A DNA stretch of 64,000 nucleotides from a candidate division FCPU426 bacterium (GCA_027452205.1 DAIDGV010000027.1:6471-70470); one strand, 5' to 3'; positions 12,449-22,484 are shown, counted from the first letter of the stretch. The notes: generated by a model not told the origin, from the sequence alone. Numbers and translations: made by a program.

Positions 12449-14512
12449 TTGAGAAAAACACTGATGGTTTTGACGTCGATGGCTTTGCTTGGCTCCTCCA
12501 CAACGCTTTCCTTCGCCCTGCAAAATAAGCCGGTCGTTCTTAATGGCACCCATCCGAATTTGACCAAACAGAATTCTGGTAAGCAGGATTTGGGCAAGTC
12601 GAAAAATAATGCAAAGGGTAATTTGAAGACCAGCATGAAAACGACGGGGAAGACCGGTTTGGTCGATCCTTTAACCGGCAAACATATGTTGGTCAATGAC
12701 AAGACCGGTTTAGCGCGCACGGTGGATCCGAAGACCCACCAACCGGAGATCATCAATCCGACGACCGGCCATGTGATCCCCACGGACCCGAAGACGGGCC
12801 TGGTGATGACCTTGAATCCCTTGACCCACAAGATGGAAACGCTCGATCCGCATACCGGTGAGCCGGCGACGGTCAATCCCAAGACGGGTCTGATCACGAC
12901 GACCAATCCGAAGACGGGTAAACCAGAGACGATCGATCCGAAGACGGGACTGGGGACTATCGAAAATCCCATCACTCACAAGGTCGAGACGATCAATCCG
13001 GTGACGGGCAAGATCATTAAACCCAACGCGAAGACGGGTCTGATCACAGCAAAGGACCCGGCTACGGGTAATAAGATCTTGATCGATCCAAAGACCGGCA
13101 AGGAGCTGAAGGCCGACCCCAAAACGGGTCTTGTAACGACGACCAACCCGAAGACCGGCAAGGAAGAGACGATCGATCCCCAGACGGGTACGCCCGCCAA
13201 GTTCGATGCCAAGACGGGCCTGGTGACAACGACGAACGCGAAGGGGAAAACCGAATCGTTCGATCCGAAGACCGGCGAGAAAGCTGTTTACAGCAAGGAC
13301 ACTGGTTTGATCTTGGAGAACGACCCGAAAACGGGCAAGCCTGAGTTGTTCGATCCTAAGAGCAAGAACGGTTTACCTCTCCCGGTCGATCCGAAGACGG
13401 GTCTCGTGACGGTCAAGAACCCGAAAACGGGCAAGGAAGAGACCCTCGAACCGGAGAATGGTGAACCAGCGAAGTATGACCCGAAGACGGGGTTGGTCAC
13501 AACGACCGGTAAAGAAACTGAAGAAGTGTTGCCCGGAACAAAGCTAGTCAAAAAAACCACCGAGATCTTCACCGCGTCGGGCGAGAAAGTGACGGTCAAC
13601 CCGAAGACGGGTCTGGGGACTTACACCGATCCGAAGACGGGTGTTCCACAATTGCTTGATCCGAAGACCGGCAAATTGTTGGTGCCGGACCCGAAGACGG
13701 GCCTCGTGACGACGAAAGACCCCGAGACGGGCAAGACGGAAACGGTCTTCCCGGGAACGGGTTCTACCGCAACCTACGACCCGAAAACGGGCCTCGTGAC
13801 GGTGGATAATAGTAAGGAGTCTGGGAACATCATCAAGATGAAAAAAGAGACCTTCGACCCGAAGACCGGCCAACCGGCCAAGTTGAACAAGCAGACGGGT
13901 CTCATTCAAACGACCGATCCGAAGACAGGCAATCCGGTGCTGTTGAATCCCAAGAGCGGCGAACCCTTGATGGCAGATCCGAAGACGGGTCTGGTGACGG
14001 TGGAGAACCCGAAGACGCATGAGATGGAGTCGGTCTATCCGGGTACAGGAACCACGGGAACCTATGACCCGAAAACCGGCCTGGTGACGGTGACGGCAAC
14101 CGATAAAGCGGGGAAGGCCGGGTTGGCTGGGTTGGGCGCCGGCAAGGATCAAAAAGAAAGCTTTGATCCGAAGACCGGCGAGCCGGCAACCTACAACAAG
14201 AACACGGGCTTGATCAAAACGATCGACCCGAAGACGGGCGAGACGGTGCTGGAAGATCCGAAAAACGGCACGCCTATTCCGGTGGACCCCTACACGGGCC
14301 TCGTGACCACGAAGGACCCGCAGACGGGCAAGACGGAGACGATCTTTCCAGGAACGGGAGAGCCGGGAACCTTCAATGAGAAGACAGGCTACATCACGAC
14401 GACCAACCCGAAAACGGGTAAAACCGAAACGATCGACCCGGAAACGGGTAAACCGGTCAAGGGTAAGACTGGCATGACATCGGAAGATGATTGGGAAGCG
14501 CCCGTGAGCTGA
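12449..14512 (+). CDS. secreted (D/N)PKTG decapeptide-repeat protein
   Basis: AAGGAG SD before TTG 12449, signal peptide ending SFA, more than 50 repeats with degenerate codons. Confidence 0.85.
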   Translation: MRKTLMVLTSMALLGSSTTLSFALQNKPVVLNGTHPNLTKQNSGKQDLGKSKNNAKGNLKTSMKTTGKTGLVDPLTGKHMLVNDKTGLARTVDPKTHQPEIINPTTGHVIPTDPKTGLVMTLNPLTHKMETLDPHTGEPATVNPKTGLITTTNPKTGKPETIDPKTGLGTIENPITHKVETINPVTGKIIKPNAKTGLITAKDPATGNKILIDPKTGKELKADPKTGLVTTTNPKTGKEETIDPQTGTPAKFDAKTGLVTTTNAKGKTESFDPKTGEKAVYSKDTGLILENDPKTGKPELFDPKSKNGLPLPVDPKTGLVTVKNPKTGKEETLEPENGEPAKYDPKTGLVTTTGKETEEVLPGTKLVKKTTEIFTASGEKVTVNPKTGLGTYTDPKTGVPQLLDPKTGKLLVPDPKTGLVTTKDPETGKTETVFPGTGSTATYDPKTGLVTVDNSKESGNIIKMKKETFDPKTGQPAKLNKQTGLIQTTDPKTGNPVLLNPKSGEPLMADPKTGLVTVENPKTHEMESVYPGTGTTGTYDPKTGLVTVTATDKAGKAGLAGLGAGKDQKESFDPKTGEPATYNKNTGLIKTIDPKTGETVLEDPKNGTPIPVDPYTGLVTTKDPQTGKTETIFPGTGEPGTFNEKTGYITTTNPKTGKTETIDPETGKPVKGKTGMTSEDDWEAPVS

Positions 14513-14543
14513 AGCCGTAAAAGTTGAAGGAATTTGAATTCGC

Positions 14544-14579
14544 AAAGAACCGTGGACTGAGGTCCGCGGTTCTTTTTTT
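14544..14579 (+). terminator. intrinsic terminator
   Basis: AAGAACCGTGGAC/GTCCGCGGTTCTT plus T run. Confidence 0.7.
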
Positions 14580-14641
14580 GATCCTCCAGAATGAAGTTTT
14601 CCTGAAATCGAAAAAGGGGTCCGAAAGGGCCCCTTTTTATT

Positions 14642-14668
14642 TGCAACCCGCACCCCTTTGTGACCGTC
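14642..14668 (+). promoter_or_regulatory. candidate ECF-sigma promoter
   Basis: TGCAAC-17 nt-CGTC upstream of a small secreted protein gene. Confidence 0.4.
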
Positions 14669-14706
14669 TTATACAAGAAGACAGAAACGACTCACGGAGG
14701 CCGATC

Positions 14707-14931
14707 ATGAAAAAGCTCATTACCCTTTTCGCCTTGGTTCTCACGCTGGCTACCACCACCTTCGCTCAAGCCGATGTTTACGTTACCACCACTTATCGCA
14801 CACCTTACCACCACGTCGTTCGTGTGGCCCCGCGTTACGAGCGCTGTTTCGTACCGGGCCGTGGTTGGGTGGTTTATGGCCCGGGCCATCGCATCGTGGT
14901 CTGGAACCGCTATCACCGCTGCTGGATGTGA
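14707..14931 (+). CDS. small secreted Arg/His/Tyr/Trp-rich protein (74 aa)
   Basis: GGAGG SD, signal peptide ending AQA. Confidence 0.75.
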   Translation: MKKLITLFALVLTLATTTFAQADVYVTTTYRTPYHHVVRVAPRYERCFVPGRGWVVYGPGHRIVVWNRYHRCWM

Positions 14932-14970
14932 AGGGACAGCTCTCGCGGGTTTGGAAGAATAAGTGATCTT

Positions 14971-15170
14971 TCAAATGCGCAGGTTGGAGACTTCTACTCT
15001 AGGTACTTCGACCGAGCTGCCCACCCGAAACCATGAAACGGATCATGGTTTCGGGTACTCGGCAAGCTTATGGGCGTTGCCCATAAGCTTAAGCAGCCGG
15101 TAACCGCTGAAATCAAGCGGCCTTGACAAGCCCGGTCTTCGCCCTGAAGGTGATGCCGGGTTTTTCCTTT
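14971..15170 (+). ncRNA. candidate structured RNA or nested palindrome cluster
   Basis: perfect 14-bp and 12-bp hairpins, a small third hairpin and a terminator. Confidence 0.35.
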
Positions 15171-15322
15171 GTTTTAAATAGGGAAAACGGATACCTCTAT
15201 TTTCATTCTTTTTTTGACTAATCGTTCTCCACCCCCCTGAGCCCTGCTAAACTGGTCGTGACTTTGGACCACCACACACCTCTTCGCTTTAAAGTCGATC
15301 TTGAACCATGACGGGGGGACGC

Positions 15323-15679
15323 ATGAACAAGGCACCGGAGAAGCGAGAATACAAACGGTTTAAATTCCGTAGACTGCTGAAGGTTTCGGCGGTCGTTCCT
15401 TCCAAATCCGGCAATATCCTCGAAGTGATGCCGAACAGCTTTGAGATCTTCTCCCACGATATCAGCGAGGGCGGTTTACGTTTCGATAACATGAAGCAGT
15501 TCTCGGCCAACGCCTTCTTCAAGGTTGATGTGGAGATCGCCAAGAACCAAGTGGTCGAGACCATCGGCAAGGTGACCTGGGCGGACCGTTATCAATGCGG
15601 CCTGAATTTCTTGATGACCGGCCAGGATTTCAAAAAGAACATCCGCCAGTTGGCCCTTCGCACCGCGCTTCACGCCTGA
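15323..15679 (+). CDS. PilZ domain protein
   Basis: REYKR (RxxxR) and DISEGG (DxSxxG). Confidence 0.8.
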   Translation: MNKAPEKREYKRFKFRRLLKVSAVVPSKSGNILEVMPNSFEIFSHDISEGGLRFDNMKQFSANAFFKVDVEIAKNQVVETIGKVTWADRYQCGLNFLMTGQDFKKNIRQLALRTALHA

Positions 15680-15780
15680 TATTTAAGTTTTATCCAACTT
15701 TTAACGCCTCGGGACTTCGGCCCCGGGGCGTTCTTGTTTCCGGCCTATCCCCGGTCCGGGGGCCCTGCTAGAATCCCCGC

Positions 15781-16329
15781 ATGGAAAACCGCCTTCACAT
15801 CTACTACGGCTACGGCAAGGGAAAGACCACCTCGGTCATCGGTTTGGCCCTGCGAGCCCTGGGGGCGGGGCTTAAGGTGGCCATCGTTCAGTTCGACAAG
15901 GGTTACGACGGCGTAAACGAACACTATTCCGAACGAAAAATTTTACGGACCCTTCCCAACCTACGTCTCTATCCTTTCGGCAAGGAAAGGGTATTGGGGC
16001 CCAACGCTTTCCGTTTCAGGAACGAACCAGGGGACTTTGAGGAAGCGCAAAAAGGTCTGGCCCAGGCCAAAGAGCTACTCGTTGATGGAAAGATCGATCT
16101 CTTGATCCTGGATGAGGTCTTGGCGGCGGTGATGTGCAAGCTCTTGACCCAGGAGGATGTGATGGGCTTGGTGAAGCTTTACAACCAGGACCGACGCTGT
16201 GAATTGGTGCTGACCGGGCACCAAGTCTGGCCCGAGCTGGTGGAAAAGGCCGACCTGGTCACCGAGATGCGCAAAGAAAAACATTACTTCGACCAGAAAG
16301 CCCCATCGAAAAAGGGGATCGAATTTTGA
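15781..16329 (+). CDS. cobO: cob(I)alamin adenosyltransferase, CobO/BtuR family
   Basis: YYGYGKGKTT, LILDE, LVLTG, ADLVTEM..KH. Confidence 0.85.
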   Translation: MENRLHIYYGYGKGKTTSVIGLALRALGAGLKVAIVQFDKGYDGVNEHYSERKILRTLPNLRLYPFGKERVLGPNAFRFRNEPGDFEEAQKGLAQAKELLVDGKIDLLILDEVLAAVMCKLLTQEDVMGLVKLYNQDRRCELVLTGHQVWPELVEKADLVTEMRKEKHYFDQKAPSKKGIEF

Positions 16330-16973
16330 GCGCGAAGCCCCTCCAGTCCCCCAAACCTTTCTTCATCCTGACCGCGCTTTTTTCGCTGATACCGGTGCTG
16401 AACAACAAGTATCCGGGTTCTTTTTTTCCGGGGATCGGTTCGGATTGGGTGGAAATCGTTTGTACTCTCACTGGTACCTACACGGCCTTTTTGGGATTAG
16501 GGCGCTTATGGGCCATTCTGCAGGTGCGGGCGGCCGCTCGGGTTTGGATCAAACAGGTGAACCTGACCCGGCTCCAGGGTATTTCCAACGACGAGAATGA
16601 TGTGGTCAACGCGGGCCGTTCTGTTTCGCGACTGATCCGCAATGTGGACAAGGATCTGGAAGAGATCAAGCCCGATTTCACCCTGGAATCCCTGAAACGG
16701 TTGGAACGCTATTTACCAACGCTTCTCATGGAAGTGGAAGATGAAGAAAGCGCCTCGATCCGCTTAGGTATTGTAGGAACCTATATTGGTGAGACCCTTT
16801 GCCGTACTTATGGTTGGCAATGGTTCTTTAAGGCCAATCCCGCGCTCAAACAATTCGCCTTCTTGCCTTCGGTGATCCAAAGGGGCGGTGAACAGATCGA
16901 TCCGTTCAATCTGGCGGGCCAGGGCTTGGCGGAAAAAGCCCCACTCATCAAATTCTTGGGACACGTGAAATGA
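16326..16973 (+). CDS. hypothetical membrane protein
   Basis: overlapping start/stop with neighbours, two hydrophobic segments. Confidence 0.6.
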   Translation: MSAKPLQSPKPFFILTALFSLIPVLNNKYPGSFFPGIGSDWVEIVCTLTGTYTAFLGLGRLWAILQVRAAARVWIKQVNLTRLQGISNDENDVVNAGRSVSRLIRNVDKDLEEIKPDFTLESLKRLERYLPTLLMEVEDEESASIRLGIVGTYIGETLCRTYGWQWFFKANPALKQFAFLPSVIQRGGEQIDPFNLAGQGLAEKAPLIKFLGHVK

Positions 16974-17641
16974 AAGGGTTTTGTCTGGCCTTGGTCCTTG
17001 TCTTATGGGGCGTTCCGTTGCATGCCATGGACTGCAAGGGCGACCGGCACTTTAACTCCAAGTCCGTTTTCCATGTGGTCACGACCCCGGTGCAGGTCCG
17101 TTATTTCCACAATTACACGACGGCCCAGATCGAGGGCATGCGAAATCTGCATTTTCATAACCATTTGATGCATAACCCGGGTTTGACCTTAGCGGAGCAT
17201 GAACTGAAGGTGGATTACCAGATCGGAGGTTTGGAACATGAGAATGGCGACGGTTATTGTGTTTGGGTCGAATCGGTGAACGTGGATTTTTCATACAAAC
17301 AAATGGACGTTTACATTTCTAGCCAATATCCGGAGGGGACCTGCCCCTATCAGGTCATTTTGAACCATGAGAATACCCACGTGGCCATCAACCAAAGGGC
17401 CTTGGCCAAATACCGGGTCCTGCTGGAAAGGGCCCTCAAGAAAAGCCGGGCCATTCCCACCCGGGCCCATCCGATGAGCGTGGTCTCGATGAACAACGGG
17501 AAGGCCATCATCAATTCCCGGATCAACGCGATCGTCAGCCGGGTAACCTCGGCCTATAAAAGGGAAGTGGCCCGGGAGAACGCGAAGATCGATACCCCGG
17601 CGGCTTATCGAAAGACCCAGGCTCTTTGCAATAATTGGTGA
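16970..17641 (+). CDS. secreted protein with HExxH motif (DUF922-like putative Zn peptidase)
   Basis: signal peptide, HENTH. Confidence 0.6.
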   Translation: MKGFCLALVLVLWGVPLHAMDCKGDRHFNSKSVFHVVTTPVQVRYFHNYTTAQIEGMRNLHFHNHLMHNPGLTLAEHELKVDYQIGGLEHENGDGYCVWVESVNVDFSYKQMDVYISSQYPEGTCPYQVILNHENTHVAINQRALAKYRVLLERALKKSRAIPTRAHPMSVVSMNNGKAIINSRINAIVSRVTSAYKREVARENAKIDTPAAYRKTQALCNNW

Positions 17642-17652
17642 CCTAACCCAAC

Positions 17653-17688
17653 AAAAAAGCCCACTCCGGTGCGGGGTGGGCTTTTTTT
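17653..17688. terminator. bidirectional terminator
   Basis: A6-GCCCAC..GTGGGC-T7 between convergent genes. Confidence 0.8.
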
Positions 17689-17708
17689 GTTTTTAGGAAG
17701 CGGTGTTG

Positions 17709-18713
17709 TTACCGGGCGACTTGAGCCAAATAAGGCGTGAATTTCTCAACTTGATGCTTCACCGGTTTGACTTGGTTGTGTAGATATTCATAGATCGCGC
17801 CAAGGTCCTCGTCGGTCATCTCGCCGTAAGCGGCCCAGGGCATGAAGGTGTTCATCTGGTTCTCCTGCACCGGGGTCTGGGCAGTGGTCATCTGTTTGCC
17901 CAAACGGAACCGCTTGATGAAGAACTCCTTGCTCCATTCGCCGATGCCGGTCTTGTCCGGGGTGATGTTGGCGGTCCGAAGGGTACCGCCCTTGGGTAGT
18001 TCAAATTCCATGCCTCCGGCAAAGTCCATGCCCGGCAAGCCATTACCATGGTCATCCACGGGAGTGTGGCAGGCCGCACAGAGAGCGGCATTGGTCAGGT
18101 AGCGGCCATATTCGAGGATGTTCTTCTTGTCCGGGATGGCCGGATAGGCCCCGGCGTCCTGAGGAACGGTCTTAATGATGAAATTGATAGGAAAGTCCAA
18201 CTGGGTCGAGGGCGGGTCATAGGCCACCGGCTTGAGGGAACGCAAATAGGCCACGATGGAGTAGATATCCTCCTGGCTTAAAGCGGCGAATTGCTGGTAG
18301 GGCATCAAGTTGAAAAGGGCGGAGCCGTCCTTGCTTACCCCGGTACGAAGGGCCCGGACGATCTCACCGTCGGACCAGTCCTTCAATTTGTAGGGGGTGA
18401 TGTTGCGCGAGTAAATGTTACCGGGTAAGCCCATCAACTTGTGGTCGAAAAGGAAGCCGCCCTGGCCCTTCTTTTCCTCAAAGATGGGCGCGCCGAAATG
18501 GGTCATGTCGTGGGGCGAGTGGCAGCCGAAACAATCACAAACGTTCTCGGTCAGGTATTTACCCCGGGCCAAACGCTGGGAGGTAAGATCGATCTTGATG
18601 TTCTCGGCGGGTTTGACCTTAGGGTAGGTGACGTTCAGGTAGGTCATGCCACCAAGGGCGGTCAGAGCAGCTAAGGCGACCAAACCCAACAGGATCTTCG
18701 GCAATAGTTTCAT
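17709..18713 (-). CDS. diheme cytochrome c
   Basis: CFGCH and CAACH, repeated NITP..W motifs, N-terminal anchor. Confidence 0.88.
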   Translation of the reverse strand: MKLLPKILLGLVALAALTALGGMTYLNVTYPKVKPAENIKIDLTSQRLARGKYLTENVCDCFGCHSPHDMTHFGAPIFEEKKGQGGFLFDHKLMGLPGNIYSRNITPYKLKDWSDGEIVRALRTGVSKDGSALFNLMPYQQFAALSQEDIYSIVAYLRSLKPVAYDPPSTQLDFPINFIIKTVPQDAGAYPAIPDKKNILEYGRYLTNAALCAACHTPVDDHGNGLPGMDFAGGMEFELPKGGTLRTANITPDKTGIGEWSKEFFIKRFRLGKQMTTAQTPVQENQMNTFMPWAAYGEMTDEDLGAIYEYLHNQVKPVKHQVEKFTPYLAQVAR

Positions 18714-18808
18714 GGAGGGACCTCGCTTTGGTTCAGGCGGAAGCCTGTTCAATGGCGAGTAATATAGGTAAATCGACGTCCCGCGTGAAATTAAATGTGC
18801 AGAAAATA

Positions 18809-18842
18809 AAAAAGGCCCCTGAGGTTTCCCTCAGGAGCCTTT
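18809..18842 (-). terminator. terminator after cold-shock gene
   Basis: AAAAAGGCCCCTGAGG/CCTCAGGAGCCTTT. Confidence 0.7.
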
Positions 18843-18856
18843 GTGAAGCCGTAAGA

Positions 18857-19057
18857 CTAGATCTTACGGACGTTCTCGGCCTTCAGACCCTTTTGACCTT
18901 GAGTCACTTCGAACTCAACCCGGTCACCTTCATTCAGGGACTTAAATCCATCCGACTGAATCGACGAAAAGTGAACAAATACGTCCTCACCGCCGTCTTG
19001 GGAAATGAAACCAAAACCCTTTTCATTCTTAAACCACTTCACAGTACCTTGTGCCAT
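18857..19057 (-). CDS. cspA: cold-shock protein
   Basis: GTVKWF..KGFGFI, DVFVHFS. Confidence 0.95.
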   Translation of the reverse strand: MAQGTVKWFKNEKGFGFISQDGGEDVFVHFSSIQSDGFKSLNEGDRVEFEVTQGQKGLKAENVRKI

Positions 19058-19352
19058 GCTGCAACAACCTTTCTACTAACTTAAAATTTAAAATCGCCTG
19101 GAAGGGCTAAGTGCCCCCAAGGCGGTTGCCATATTACCCTAAAAAAACCGCCAAATGGAGTGTTAACACCATGAAAAGACGGCCTTTTGGGCCTTATGAC
19201 CTCATAAATCTAGGAAAAAAAGGGTGTCTTTCAAGCCCTGGAGGCCCTGGAAAGCCCCTTTGGCTGCCTTTGCCACCCTTTAATTGGGTTTCGAAATTCG
19301 ATCGAACCGTGTTAAAAGAATGACCGCTGAGCATCCCTCGACTGTGAGCCCT

Positions 19353-20015
19353 ATGACGACCACAACCGCCAATCCATTGAAGATCAACGAGATCTACCTG
19401 AGTGTTCAGGGCGAATCCACCTGGGCGGGACTGCCCTGTATCTTTATCCGCCTGACCGGTTGTTCCTTGCGTTGTACCTGGTGCGATACGGCCTATGCTT
19501 TTTACGAGGGAGTGGACCAGGCCTTGGATACCGTCCTCGATAAGGTCGCCTCTTTTGGGGTGAAACTGGTGGAAATCACCGGCGGGGAACCTTTGGAACA
19601 GGAAGGGGTCTATGCGCTGATGGAAGCCCTCTTGGGCCGGGGCTATCAAGTGCTCTTGGAGACCAGCGGGGCGGTGGATGTGGCCCGGGTACCCAAACCC
19701 GTGGTCAAGATCGTGGACGTCAAATGCCCGGGTTCGGGGGAGGAAGCCCGCAACCAGTGGGCCAACTTCGAGAAGATGGTGCCCCATCAGGATGAGTTGA
19801 AGTTCGTCATCAAGGACCGGGAAGATTACCATTACGCTAAAGGGGTTATCGAAAAACACGCGCTGGCGGGGAAATTCACCCTGCTTTTCTCCTCGGCCTT
19901 CGAACATTTGAACCCGTCGGACCTGGCTGAATGGATCACCGTGGATCGCCTGCCGGTGCGGTTCCAACTGCAAATGCATAAATACATCTGGCCCACCGAT
20001 ACCAAAGGACGTTGA
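19353..20015 (+). CDS. queE: 7-carboxy-7-deazaguanine synthase (radical SAM)
   Basis: [25 protein letters not shown]; start uncertain (19320 or 19353). Confidence 0.9.
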   Translation: MTTTTANPLKINEIYLSVQGESTWAGLPCIFIRLTGCSLRCTWCDTAYAFYEGVDQALDTVLDKVASFGVKLVEITGGEPLEQEGVYALMEALLGRGYQVLLETSGAVDVARVPKPVVKIVDVKCPGSGEEARNQWANFEKMVPHQDELKFVIKDREDYHYAKGVIEKHALAGKFTLLFSSAFEHLNPSDLAEWITVDRLPVRFQLQMHKYIWPTDTKGR

Positions 20016-20016
20016 C

Positions 20017-20706
20017 ATGAACCGTAAAAAAGCAGTGGTCCTCGTTTCCGGAGGTCTCGATTCCACGACCTGTCTGGCCATTGCCAAGGCCCAAGGTTTC
20101 GACCTATATGCCCTGACCCTTTTTTATGGGCAACGCCATAAGGTGGAACTAAAAGCGGCCAAGAAGGTCTCCAAAGCCTACGGGGTCAAGAAGCAGTTGG
20201 AATTGGAAGTGCCCCTGACGGCCTTCGGCGGTTCCTCCCTGACCGACAACAAGATCAAGGTGCCCAAGACCCATTCGGTCAAGAAGATCGGCAAGGGGAT
20301 CCCTTCTACCTATGTGCCGGCGCGTAATACGGTCTTCCTTTCCCTGGCCTTGGCCTGGGCGGAGGTGCTGGGCGCAGAGGATATCTTCATCGGCGTGAAC
20401 GCTTTGGACTACAGCGGCTATCCTGACTGCCGGCCCGAGTTCATTCAGGCTTTCGAAAAGCTGGCCGGACTGGCCACCAAAAAGGGTGTGGAAAAGAAAT
20501 GGAAACTCCGGATCCACACGCCTCTCCTTCGGATGAGCAAGTCGGAGATCATCCAAGCCGGTTATTTACTTAAAGTGGATTACAGCTTGACCCACTCCTG
20601 TTATGACCCCAAGCCCAACGACAAGCCCTGCGGCCACTGTGATTCGTGCCTTTTGCGGGCTAAGGGTTTTGAAGAAGCCGGTTTGACCGATCCACTTCAA
20701 GGTTGA
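20017..20706 (+). CDS. queC: 7-cyano-7-deazaguanine synthase
   Basis: SGGLDS, YVPARN, YPDCR, CGHCDSC. Confidence 0.96.
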   Translation: MNRKKAVVLVSGGLDSTTCLAIAKAQGFDLYALTLFYGQRHKVELKAAKKVSKAYGVKKQLELEVPLTAFGGSSLTDNKIKVPKTHSVKKIGKGIPSTYVPARNTVFLSLALAWAEVLGAEDIFIGVNALDYSGYPDCRPEFIQAFEKLAGLATKKGVEKKWKLRIHTPLLRMSKSEIIQAGYLLKVDYSLTHSCYDPKPNDKPCGHCDSCLLRAKGFEEAGLTDPLQG

Positions 20707-20763
20707 AAGGGTCCCCTGGGGCCCTTATCCTCAAATATAGAAATCTCAAGTACGGGAAAGCTC

Positions 20764-21777
20764 TTGTACCCATTGCTTAAAAAGATCCTGTTTCGCCTGG
20801 ACCCAGAGACCGCCCATCATTTAGCTCTGGGCTCCCTTCAGGCTTTTCAGCCCCTGCTCCCTTTGCTGGCCCCGGTCCTTCGGGTATCCGATCCCCGTTT
20901 AGAAAAGACGGTCTTTGGTTTGAAATTCCCCAACCCCATTGGTCTCGCCGCGGGGCTCGATAAAAAAGGGCAATTACCCCTGGCCTGGGAAAGGGTCGGT
21001 TTCGGTTTTGCGGAGTTGGGCACCTTTACGGCTAAGGCCCAGGAGGGCAATCCCAAGCCCCGGATCTTCCGCTATCCCGAGCAACAAGCGCTCATTAACA
21101 AGATGGGGTTTCCTAATCCGGGGGCCTATGAAGTGTCCCAAAACCTGAAGGAACTCAAAGAGAAGGGCTTCTGGCCTTCCATTCCCATCGGCATCAACAT
21201 CGGCAAAAGCAAAGTCACGCCGTTGGAGAAAGCGGTGGAGGATTATTTGGAATCCGCTGATTATTTAAAACCCTACGCGGACTATTTCGCGGTCAATGTC
21301 AGTTCGCCCAACACGCCGGGCCTGCGCCAACTGCAAGAAGCAAAGCCGCTGAAAAAGTTGCTGACCGCTTTGGTCAGGGAAGTCAAAGGCAAACCGGTAT
21401 TGCTGAAACTGGCGCCGGACCTGGAAGACAAACCTTTGAAAGAAGCGGCGGACGTAGCCCTATCCGCCGGATGCGCGGGGTTGATCGTGACCAACACCAC
21501 CCTTTCCCGGCAGGGGTTGCCCAAGGGTCACTATCCCGAGGGCGGATTGTCGGGCGCGGTATTGCGATCTAAAGCCACCCAGGTCCTCAAATCGGTCTCG
21601 AAATTCACGAAGGGTAAGGTTCCCCTGGTGGCGGTAGGCGGTATTTTTACCGCTGAGGATGTGCGAGAAAAAATGGATTCGGGTGCCAGCCTGGTTCAGG
21701 TCTATACCGGGTATATTTATGAAGGACCCACTTTGCCCGCGCGGCTTTGCCGGGCCTTATTGAAGGATCTCCCGTGA
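20764..21777 (+). CDS. pyrD: quinone-dependent dihydroorotate dehydrogenase (class 2)
   Basis: DPETAH, GLAAGLDK, NVSSPNTPGLR, GGLSG. Confidence 0.95.
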   Translation: MYPLLKKILFRLDPETAHHLALGSLQAFQPLLPLLAPVLRVSDPRLEKTVFGLKFPNPIGLAAGLDKKGQLPLAWERVGFGFAELGTFTAKAQEGNPKPRIFRYPEQQALINKMGFPNPGAYEVSQNLKELKEKGFWPSIPIGINIGKSKVTPLEKAVEDYLESADYLKPYADYFAVNVSSPNTPGLRQLQEAKPLKKLLTALVREVKGKPVLLKLAPDLEDKPLKEAADVALSAGCAGLIVTNTTLSRQGLPKGHYPEGGLSGAVLRSKATQVLKSVSKFTKGKVPLVAVGGIFTAEDVREKMDSGASLVQVYTGYIYEGPTLPARLCRALLKDLP

Positions 21778-22283
21778 GAAAGACCTTTTTACTACTGTGT
21801 GTTTTTTCTTTGGCGGGATGCGTGCCTATTCGCCAGATGCTTCCGGCGAAGAACAACCCCTCGAACGACAGCTCTTCCGATTCCCGCAAGCACTTACCCT
21901 ATGCGGACATGCAGGGCAACGCGGATTGGGAAGACCCGAACGATTACAAGAACCTGGGCCCGGACGCCTGGAAGCAAGAAATGGAAGGCATCGCTTCCTG
22001 GTATGGGCCGGATTTCAACGGTAAGCTGACCGCCAATGGCGAGGTCTATAACATGGATGACATGACTGCGGCGCATAAGACCCTGCCCTTAGGGTCGGTG
22101 GTGCGCGTCAACAACCTGGACAACGGAAAAAGCGTTGAGGTACGTATCAATGACCGCGGGCCTTATGTCAAAGGCCGGATCATCGACCTGTCCAAGGCCG
22201 CGGCCCATGCCATCGATATGGGCAATGGCGGTACGGCCCATGTGCGGCTGGACCTGATCAAATTGGCGGATAGGCCAAAATAA
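21774..22283 (+). CDS. rlpA: RlpA family lytic transglycosylase lipoprotein
   Basis: lipobox LAGC, GIASWYG, TAAHKTLP, RINDRGP. Confidence 0.9.
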   Translation: MRKTFLLLCVFSLAGCVPIRQMLPAKNNPSNDSSSDSRKHLPYADMQGNADWEDPNDYKNLGPDAWKQEMEGIASWYGPDFNGKLTANGEVYNMDDMTAAHKTLPLGSVVRVNNLDNGKSVEVRINDRGPYVKGRIIDLSKAAAHAIDMGNGGTAHVRLDLIKLADRPK

Positions 22284-22484
22284 TTATCGTAAGTGGGCGG
22301 GGAAAAGATTGGGTTGGTTTTCGTGGACGCGCAAGTGGGCGGTCCGCTCGCTTAATTCCAGCAAACAGTTCTGGCAGTAGTACCAACCGGCATGATTGAA
22401 GAGGGTCTGGTTCAACAGGCCCGGCGTCTTGCAAAAATCACAGTGATGCGAGACGGGAGAATTTTTAGTTGTATAGGTGTTCAT
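22284..22484 (-). CDS. small CxxC-CxxC zinc-finger protein
   Basis: GGAGG SD, CDFC and CQNC. Confidence 0.6.
   Translation of the reverse strand: MNTYTTKNSPVSHHCDFCKTPGLLNQTLFNHAGWYYCQNCLLELSERTAHLRVHENQPNLFPAHLR

Noticed and set aside
12650-14460. Recurrent GAYCCGAAGACSGG at about 30-nt spacing as a CRISPR array
   Set aside because: Repeats are in-frame codons with wobble variation inside a long ORF, with no constant repeat/unique spacer structure and no cas genes.
15060-15125. c-di-GMP-I riboswitch or SRP RNA
   Set aside because: Only the short GCAGCC string matches; the GGCAAA/GCAAAGC core and the SRP GGAAGG loop are absent.
19280-19352. preQ1 riboswitch upstream of queE
   Set aside because: No convincing P1 stem with the required loop and A-rich tail; the AT-rich stretch is better explained as a promoter.
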